DNA of 64,000 nucleotides from a virus: IMG/VR virus record IMGVR_UViG_3300025154_000082, positions 4,296 to 68,295 of that record; one strand, 5' to 3'. Shown piece by piece: positions 57,645 to 64,000 of this stretch (position 1 is its first letter; each line of letters starts with the position of its first letter). The notes under the pieces were generated by a model. It saw only the letters and a program-made list of their open reading frames with translations, ran no database searches and was not told where the DNA came from. The position numbers and the translations under genes were made by a program.

Positions 57645-57881
57645 TTATTTTTGTATTTGAGTTTGAATGTAATATTCTAATGACCGACTCATATCCTCTT
57701 GAATATAATCCAAATATTTCTTTAAATCTTTTACCTCTTTAATTTCTTCATATTTGATATATCTGCAATGATGGTGGTTTAAGTGTTGGATTCTTTTCTC
57801 GTATGCTTTGCTCCACTTTGATTTTGTAAAACCATATGATTTGAGTAGTGATAGTTTTGACTTTATTTCTGAAAATGTCAT
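57645..57881 (-). CDS. hypothetical protein
   Basis: 78-aa ORF. Confidence 0.3.
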   Translation of the reverse strand: MTFSEIKSKLSLLKSYGFTKSKWSKAYEKRIQHLNHHHCRYIKYEEIKEVKDLKKYLDYIQEDMSRSLEYYIQTQIQK

Positions 57882-57916
57882 AATGTTTTGGCCTCCTTAA
57901 AAAATTGACGATAGTA

Positions 57917-58102
57917 TTAGCATTTTTCTTTTTTAGTAGGTTTAGAATAAGTTCCAAATAATAAAATTAACGCTATTGCCAAACGCACAATACCTGAACT
58001 AAATGCAGTAGGAGTAAGATATCCTAAAAATATTATAATTGCATCTATAACATAAAATATTCCTAATGTTCTCATCCCGATATTAACTATTTTTTCAAAC
58101 AT
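57917..58102 (-). CDS. small membrane protein
   Basis: 61 aa, two hydrophobic helices. Confidence 0.3.
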   Translation of the reverse strand: MFEKIVNIGMRTLGIFYVIDAIIIFLGYLTPTAFSSGIVRLAIALILLFGTYSKPTKKEKC

Positions 58103-58148
58103 ATTATTATCTCCTTTTTGATACTTTAAAAATTGTGATTCATGTTAA

Positions 58149-58337
58149 TTAACCTAAATCTATAATTGTATCCTTAACTTCAATATAAATATCGCTTATG
58201 TCAAATTTTACTTCCGTTTTACTACCAAAACAATCTCTTGTACGGATACAAACTTCTGCATCACCATTTATAACATTTTGTTCAACTAACCAATATATTA
58301 ATTCACTTCTTAACATTTCTTTCTCCTTCCAAATCAA
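58149..58337 (-). CDS. hypothetical protein
   Basis: 62-aa ORF. Confidence 0.3.
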   Translation of the reverse strand: MIWKEKEMLRSELIYWLVEQNVINGDAEVCIRTRDCFGSKTEVKFDISDIYIEVKDTIIDLG

Positions 58338-58345
58338 ATAGCATT

Positions 58346-58621
58346 TTATAGAATTACTTCTTCTATCTCTTCAATAGTAATCTTAACCTTTATAATTTTA
58401 ATGCTCAAATAATAGTTATTTCTAACCCACCTAAGACCAGATTTAACAGATTTAATATCTTTATATTCGCCTAAAATTCTATTGCCATTAGTTACTTTTA
58501 TATCCTTTCCAATTGTTTCATCATAATCCCATTTAAAATCTTCTCCTATAATTATGTATCGTTCTACACTTTCGTTTGTTGATTTGAATTGAGATTGGTT
58601 TCCTTGTGGCATAATTATCAT
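58346..58621 (-). CDS. hypothetical protein
   Basis: 91-aa ORF. Confidence 0.3.
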   Translation of the reverse strand: MIIMPQGNQSQFKSTNESVERYIIIGEDFKWDYDETIGKDIKVTNGNRILGEYKDIKSVKSGLRWVRNNYYLSIKIIKVKITIEEIEEVIL

Positions 58622-58836
58622 TACTCCTTTCTATCCTTGGGAACAGTGGTTTGAAACTATTTACTCAATAATTGTTAGATTTATATCCCACTTTATTCCT
58701 TTGATTTTATACTTGTAAGTACCAGTAGTTAAACATAATGGACATTGTAAATTTTTATTTTTACAAATATCACATATTGTTGTAGACAAATTATTCCCTC
58801 CTCTCTTCTTAACCAATCAAATATGAGGTTCTAGTA

Positions 58837-59037
58837 TTAAGTAAACATCCAAACCTTTGCATCGCAACTATTACAAGTTATCCAAATTTGATCATGTTCA
58901 CCAAGAATATCAAAACTTCCTAAATTATCTTCTGAGACATACCAACCATCACTTTCGCTATATGAACGCTCTTCTTTGTCTACTGGCCTAATTAGATTTA
59001 CTTCATTTCCGCATGTACTACAAATTATTTTAAACAT
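58837..59037 (-). CDS. small zinc-ribbon protein
   Basis: CSTCG ... CNSC. Confidence 0.3.
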   Translation of the reverse strand: MFKIICSTCGNEVNLIRPVDKEERSYSESDGWYVSEDNLGSFDILGEHDQIWITCNSCDAKVWMFT

Positions 59038-59065
59038 CTAATCAATCTCCTCTATCATTGGATTA

Positions 59066-59299
59066 TTATTTAATTAATCTTGCTATTTCTAACGACATCT
59101 TCATATATTCTTCATCTGCGAACTCACAATTAATTACTGAACCTAAAATATTCATTAAGTATTCTACTTGACTTGGTGTTAATTTAAGGATAGTAAGATA
59201 ATCTTGGCAATCAGAATATTTATCAATAATAGGTGAGTGCATACTACAAAACTCTTTAATGCATGGTTTGCCAAACCGTTTACATAAGTTATCAACCAT
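59066..59299 (-). CDS. hypothetical Cys-containing protein
   Basis: 77-aa ORF. Confidence 0.3.
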   Translation of the reverse strand: MVDNLCKRFGKPCIKEFCSMHSPIIDKYSDCQDYLTILKLTPSQVEYLMNILGSVINCEFADEEYMKMSLEIARLIK

Positions 59300-59354
59300 A
59301 ATATCATTTACTCCTTATTTATCACTTGAAATTCTTTTTTCATTGTATTATGTA

Positions 59355-59918
59355 TTAAGTGCCTCCTGCAAATTCACCATAGTATTTCTGTCTCATTTCC
59401 TCTGCATACGCTCCAGCTTCTTCTAATTGATTTTTCTTGAATCTTTTTAAAGTTGTATTTTTACCTTCTACTTGTAACTGTACTGACCAACCACTTCCAT
59501 CCCAACTTACGTTTCTGAACCCCGATTTGTTGTTAGAATTTTTGCTTTTTCGATATACTGAATTTTCCTGATTAGTAATTATCCTTAAATTTTCTTTTCT
59601 ATTATTAAAAGTATCATGGTCAATATGATCCACAATAACCCTAATCTTTTTACTCCCTGTCCTTGTTCCTACTAGAAAAGTTTGTAAACTTATAGTTGAA
59701 TTTTTATATTTATTTCCTTTACCCTTAACCAAGTTAATATTTGCATGAATGTAATATTTTTTATTTGAATAATTAAAATGTGGAAACCAAGTCATATCAA
59801 ATTCTATTAATCTTTGCAAATCTTCTGTGTCAATAACGCAAAACCCTAGTTCTTTCTTTTTCTGAAAATATATTTCAGTAATTTCTCCTTTAATTATGTA
59901 TTTATTAAGAAATGACAA
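59355..59918 (-). CDS. HNH-AP2 homing endonuclease
   Basis: IVDHIDHDTFNNRKENLRIITNQEN + AP2-like SGFRNVSWDGSGWSVQLQVEGKNTTLKRFKKNQLEEA. Confidence 0.7.
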   Translation of the reverse strand: MSFLNKYIIKGEITEIYFQKKKELGFCVIDTEDLQRLIEFDMTWFPHFNYSNKKYYIHANINLVKGKGNKYKNSTISLQTFLVGTRTGSKKIRVIVDHIDHDTFNNRKENLRIITNQENSVYRKSKNSNNKSGFRNVSWDGSGWSVQLQVEGKNTTLKRFKKNQLEEAGAYAEEMRQKYYGEFAGGT

Positions 59919-60032
59919 TTAATTATTTTCCTCCTATCTTACTTCCTATAATTGATTCGCGTTATCCTATATCGTGCTTTCTAAAAGTGGTTTATAGCAA
60001 CGTTTTCTAGAAAGCACAATACTATATTTTAC

Positions 60033-60749
60033 TTAAAATTTCCTTAACTCTTCTAATTTTCTTTTCTTCAACTTCATAACTTTTTCATCAGCCCTAATAT
60101 CTGCTTTCATAAATGCAATATCATATCCTCTTTGAGCATCATATTTATCTTGTGGTAAACACTTAGAAGCACCACGACTACCATCAGGAAGCTCTACAAG
60201 CGTCAATAATCCTTTTCTAGTAGTCTTGATACCATCAATGATTTCAATTGTCATAAACTCAATTTCTTCTTTGATTACTGGTTTGACAGGTTCAAAGTAT
60301 GTAAAGAAATCATTTTCAGATAAACCAAATCCCATCATTCCATTTTTACACATTACAATCGAATCAACAATTTCAGTTACCTCAAATTCTGTACCGATAT
60401 AATTAAACCGTGGCAATTCCTTAATTTGTTTAACCTTCATACCAACTTCAATTTTATTTGTATTAATATTTATTTTATTTCCTTCTTTCTCTTCTTTAAT
60501 TTCTTGTTTATCATTGATATAAAATTCTAGATTCTCAATCCTAAAAAGTAAATTACCATTTTCATTATCTGTTTCTTGAAAATTTAAGTCATTGTATTGT
60601 AAACTGAATCTATTCCCACTTCCCCAATCAGTTTTTATCATTCCTGTTTTACCTATGTAATTTTCAATACAATTATATTCATTTTTATTCACCCAATTAT
60701 CAAAATTTATTACTTTAACTTTACTTCCAATGTAAGATGAATCTAACAT
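60033..60749 (-). CDS. hypothetical protein
   Basis: 238-aa ORF, start overlaps upstream gene. Confidence 0.35.
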   Translation of the reverse strand: MLDSSYIGSKVKVINFDNWVNKNEYNCIENYIGKTGMIKTDWGSGNRFSLQYNDLNFQETDNENGNLLFRIENLEFYINDKQEIKEEKEGNKININTNKIEVGMKVKQIKELPRFNYIGTEFEVTEIVDSIVMCKNGMMGFGLSENDFFTYFEPVKPVIKEEIEFMTIEIIDGIKTTRKGLLTLVELPDGSRGASKCLPQDKYDAQRGYDIAFMKADIRADEKVMKLKKRKLEELRKF

Positions 60750-61897
60750 GCTATTTCCTCTTTTCTTTTATTATAAATTTTATTTAGTCTTTCATTGTAC
60801 TTGTTGATAACACTTTGTTCTTCTTTGGTTACATCCCTGTTAAATTTTCCTCTAGCTTGAACTACTTTATAATTTTTAATTTCTAATGTAACTAAACTCC
60901 TTTCAATATTTTCTTTATCCCTTAAGAACAAGATATGCGTTTTGCCATCAATGACATTTTGAATATAACTAGCTACACAATGATTTTGCTGAACAGCTTC
61001 ATCTTTAATATCTTGTGTAGTCTTAGGATAAACAATTTTAAACTTATCATATATATGCTCTAGTTTTAGATCAATAACTTTTTTGAAATCTTCTTCTATA
61101 AACTGTTGTTTTAAACGATTATAATTTCGTGTAGCAATCTTATGAGTTGTTAAAAAATTCTTAGGATATTTCTCATACTTTGGACTTATTTTAATCATCA
61201 TATTGCAATAATCTAATAATTCACTGACTACAGAATGAAAGTTATCTAAAGCTTCAAATGTCATTAGGTTGTCTATATACTGTAATAACGATGTTGGTTT
61301 ATAATTGTGTATTTTTATTAATTGATCGAATTTGTTTTTACCATATTCATTTGAATACAATATATCTTGGATGTTCATTTTACTTACAGTTGTAAATTCA
61401 TAATTTAGTAAATTGGAGAATAAATCTGGATTTTGTTTATAAGAATCAACTAAATCATTATTTAACTCAATATCATGTGTTTTACATATTTTAATCAGAT
61501 TTTTAGGTATTTCAGTTAGTTTATATCTTATTTTAGGTTCAATATTTTTTAACCCACAAGCAAAATATTGTTCTAGATATTTATAATTCTCAATTTTGGA
61601 TAAGAAACTTCCTACATTTGTAATACGGTCTACCCTGCCACTATTATAATAATATTTTTCCGCATGTGATTTATTAATAAAGTTTCTATCTAGAAAATTT
61701 AAGAAATTACTGTAATTTTGATCTTGAAATGACTTTATAACTTGCAATAAATCATAACCCCTAAGTTGTGTGCAAATATCTTTTACTGGTTTACCAAGTT
61801 TACCAATAGTTTCTCCTGTTGATAGATTATATTTCACATTTTTACCATCATCAAAATAAAATACAAGGTATTGATTTTCTTTACATGAAGTTAACAT
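60743..61897 (-). CDS. PcfJ-like protein (tentative)
   Basis: 384 aa; C-terminal QQNHCVASYIQNVIDGKTHILFLRD...VTLEIKNYKVVQARGKFNRD resembles the conserved HC..SY...G block of PcfJ-like proteins; from memory only. Confidence 0.3.
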   Translation of the reverse strand: MLTSCKENQYLVFYFDDGKNVKYNLSTGETIGKLGKPVKDICTQLRGYDLLQVIKSFQDQNYSNFLNFLDRNFINKSHAEKYYYNSGRVDRITNVGSFLSKIENYKYLEQYFACGLKNIEPKIRYKLTEIPKNLIKICKTHDIELNNDLVDSYKQNPDLFSNLLNYEFTTVSKMNIQDILYSNEYGKNKFDQLIKIHNYKPTSLLQYIDNLMTFEALDNFHSVVSELLDYCNMMIKISPKYEKYPKNFLTTHKIATRNYNRLKQQFIEEDFKKVIDLKLEHIYDKFKIVYPKTTQDIKDEAVQQNHCVASYIQNVIDGKTHILFLRDKENIERSLVTLEIKNYKVVQARGKFNRDVTKEEQSVINKYNERLNKIYNKRKEEIAC

Positions 61898-61952
61898 ATT
61901 TTCCTCCTATTCTATTAAATTATTTTTATTTTACGTTGAAAGGTAATTTTCA

Positions 61953-62396
61953 TTAGTTTGATAATCTATGATATTCTTCTTGTATGCCTTTCCAAGTTAA
62001 CCTATTTACATCTCTTCTCGCATCATTAAAATCTTTAAAATCAAATATCCCCAACTCCTTTGCTCTCATCCAAACTTTATCTCTAAGATAATTTGCATTT
62101 TGATTAATCGCTCTTAATTCATGAGTATTTGCTGGCTTAGTAAACCCCTGACTATCTAACCCTCCATGACAAATACCTCTATCAAAGAGTTCGCAATTGT
62201 ACTCATAGTCAATCCATAATTCATATGCTCCTGAATAACATTCTGATGATTCATATAGTTTTCCTAAATATTCTTGCTTGAACGAGTCTTTTTTATTTTG
62301 GTCTTCTAATATATGAAAACAAGTATTACAAGTTAATCCATATTCTTTTGAAGAACAATTATTTATATCATAATCTACAGGACATTTAAACTTCAT
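61953..62396 (-). CDS. Cys-rich hypothetical protein
   Basis: 147-aa ORF. Confidence 0.35.
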   Translation of the reverse strand: MKFKCPVDYDINNCSSKEYGLTCNTCFHILEDQNKKDSFKQEYLGKLYESSECYSGAYELWIDYEYNCELFDRGICHGGLDSQGFTKPANTHELRAINQNANYLRDKVWMRAKELGIFDFKDFNDARRDVNRLTWKGIQEEYHRLSN

Positions 62397-62736
62397 ATTT
62401 TTCTCCCTTCTATAATCCTTGGAAAGTCAGATTTGATCGTACTTACTTAAATTATCATGCATTATCTTCATAGTTTTTAAATATCCGATAGCTTGCTCTC
62501 GACATGTGATACATACTTCTTCTAAATCTGTTATCTTGTCATCTTCTTCATAAAATACAATCATATTAATAAAACTTATAATATCTTCTCCGTCCCCATA
62601 TTCATAGCAAAAAGGATTCCCAGTAAAAGTGTGTGAGAATAAATATCATTAAAATTAAATTCCGTATTGAGTTTGTCAATCACAGATTGATATATTGACA
62701 TATTCTTTGCTCCTTTCTAAAATACAATTAAAATAT

Positions 62737-63036
62737 TCATTTTGTCGGTTTATTTATAAAAGCTTTTAGGACTTCATTAATAGCTATAGTATTATACTCA
62801 AAATCATCATAGTATAAGTTTAATTTACTTCTCTGTCCTCTAATTGCAAATTCAGGGCAATCTTCATATGTCTCTGATTCTTTTGGTTGTGGTCGCATAC
62901 TGCAAATATCTCCTATGCATTCACGTTTATCTCTTTTACACCAATTCATATTATCTCCTTCCTTAAATACCCTGTCTTTCTTCACATTTATCTTCAAATG
63001 CACAACCATTACATAACCATGTTTTACATTTATCAC
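62737..63036 (-). CDS. Cys-rich hypothetical protein
   Basis: 99-aa ORF. Confidence 0.3.
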   Translation of the reverse strand: MINVKHGYVMVVHLKINVKKDRVFKEGDNMNWCKRDKRECIGDICSMRPQPKESETYEDCPEFAIRGQRSKLNLYYDDFEYNTIAINEVLKAFINKPTK

Positions 63037-63105
63037 AAAAACAAGATTCTGATGTTAAAGTATTACCACAAATATCACATTGAAAATTGTTTGTATCCCT
63101 CATTG

Positions 63106-63366
63106 TTAATCTCCTTTAATTTCCTCTAATTCTCTGATATTAATAAGATTCGATTGTCCTTTGTTATTCATATAATATGCGTTTCCGATTGCACAGGCAC
63201 TTGGCTTATCACAATTCCAAAAGAATTCTATTTCTTCATTGTCTTGAAAATCATTTGAGAAATAAATTCTTGTAGTAGGTTGTCTCTTATATTTAGCTTT
63301 CGGTGGGAAATCATATCCATAAACTTTATATAAGTCAATCATTTCTTGTTTTGTTCTTGATTTCAT
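63106..63366 (-). CDS. hypothetical protein
   Basis: 86-aa ORF. Confidence 0.3.
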   Translation of the reverse strand: MKSRTKQEMIDLYKVYGYDFPPKAKYKRQPTTRIYFSNDFQDNEEIEFFWNCDKPSACAIGNAYYMNNKGQSNLINIRELEEIKGD

Positions 63367-63411
63367 TTATAATTACTTCCTTTCATAAGATAAAATGTAT
63401 CATTTAACGTA

Positions 63412-63699
63412 CTACCACTCTACCCAAAATTCCATATCATCTTCTTTAAATTCATCATAAATTAATTGTAGTATCTCTCTTTGCCAATCATCTTCATCTA
63501 ATTTATCCAACCAATATTTTACACTAAGATTAACATGGGAACCGTTGTGTACGTTTTCAAATTCTTCGTCTAGCAACCAATGCCAAAAATCTAAATACGG
63601 TGGTTCTGGATTATCTTTTAACCATTCTCCATATCTTTTTCCCTGTTCATGTATCTCTTTAAATCTAGCATCGTAATCTTCTTTTGTTATTTCTATCAT
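63412..63699 (-). CDS. hypothetical acidic protein
   Basis: 95-aa ORF, Trp-rich. Confidence 0.3.
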   Translation of the reverse strand: MIEITKEDYDARFKEIHEQGKRYGEWLKDNPEPPYLDFWHWLLDEEFENVHNGSHVNLSVKYWLDKLDEDDWQREILQLIYDEFKEDDMEFWVEW

Positions 63700-63999
63700 T
63701 TACCCATCAATATTTGCTTTATAAATATTACCTGGACATATAGGATAATTAGGAGGTGACTCATTGACTAATTTTAACCATTTTGGGAAATGTTTACTAG
63801 AACTTGCATAATCTCTTATTTTAATATCATATTTCTTTTCTATGTAATCAATAACTTCATGATAATCATATATTGGTTTTCTAATAATTTTATTAAATTT
63901 ATCTACAGTTGAATCAATTTGCTTCTTAACTTCTACATCTTTTAACTTTTTATTTTCTTCGACCTTTTTATGATGTAAATCTATTTTTGATTTAAGATC
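63700..63999 (-). CDS. partial ORF (C-terminal ~99 codons; N-terminus beyond window end)
   Basis: minus-strand frame open from 63999 to TAA at 63700-63702, abutting start of 63412..63699. Confidence 0.3.
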   Translation of the reverse strand, partial: DLKSKIDLHHKKVEENKKLKDVEVKKQIDSTVDKFNKIIRKPIYDYHEVIDYIEKKYDIKIRDYASSSKHFPKWLKLVNESPPNYPICPGNIYKANIDG

Positions 64000-64000
64000 A

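Overview
This window is AT-rich (about 70% A+T) with dense coding and about 95 ORFs, nearly all on the minus strand. It reads as part of a large extrachromosomal mobile replicon of a low-GC Gram-positive (Firmicutes-like) host, probably a phage-plasmid or megaplasmid. Modules, left to right:
- (i) Membrane-protein cluster resembling a Gram-positive type IV secretion core (VirB6-like, VirB2/VirB3-like) plus a secreted M23 peptidoglycan hydrolase (0.3-3.3 kb).
- (ii) Partition operon with a ParM-like actin ATPase driven by a consensus sigma-A promoter (4.7-7.5 kb).
- (iii) Plasmid-type replicon (7.5-9.6 kb): a RepA_N-like initiator gene on the plus strand, an apparent antisense countertranscript in its leader, and a putative origin inside the rep gene (two perfect DnaA boxes flanking reading-frame-independent direct repeats).
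- (iv) Nucleotide metabolism: HAD 5'-nucleotidase, guanylate-kinase-like, ThyX, dCMP deaminase, radical SAM, Nudix-like, and a class II B12-type ribonucleotide reductase interrupted by a LAGLIDADG intein at its active-site Cys.
- (v) Replication machinery: RecD-like helicase, DnaE-like PolIII alpha, RecB-like nuclease, DnaG-like primase, DnaB-like helicase, RecA-like ATPase, and an SSB-like acidic-tail protein. These are interspersed with five HNH homing endonucleases (four HNH-AP2), one of which sits between primase and helicase.
- (vi) Three IS200/IS605-IS607-type TnpB elements: one intact with a conserved 3' omegaRNA-like tail, two degraded.
- (vii) A self-contained operon with its own consensus promoter encoding a gamma-class N6-adenine methyltransferase, a translationally coupled SF2 helicase, and a zinc-ribbon/DUF559(Vsr-like) endonuclease, which has a paralog in the partition operon.
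Also present are an SPFH/band-7 gene with an in-frame TGA, a small zinc-ribbon gene with an in-frame TAA, and many small Cys-rich ORFs. No rRNA, tRNA or CRISPR arrays were recognised. All domain calls are from motifs read directly in the translations. No database search was run.
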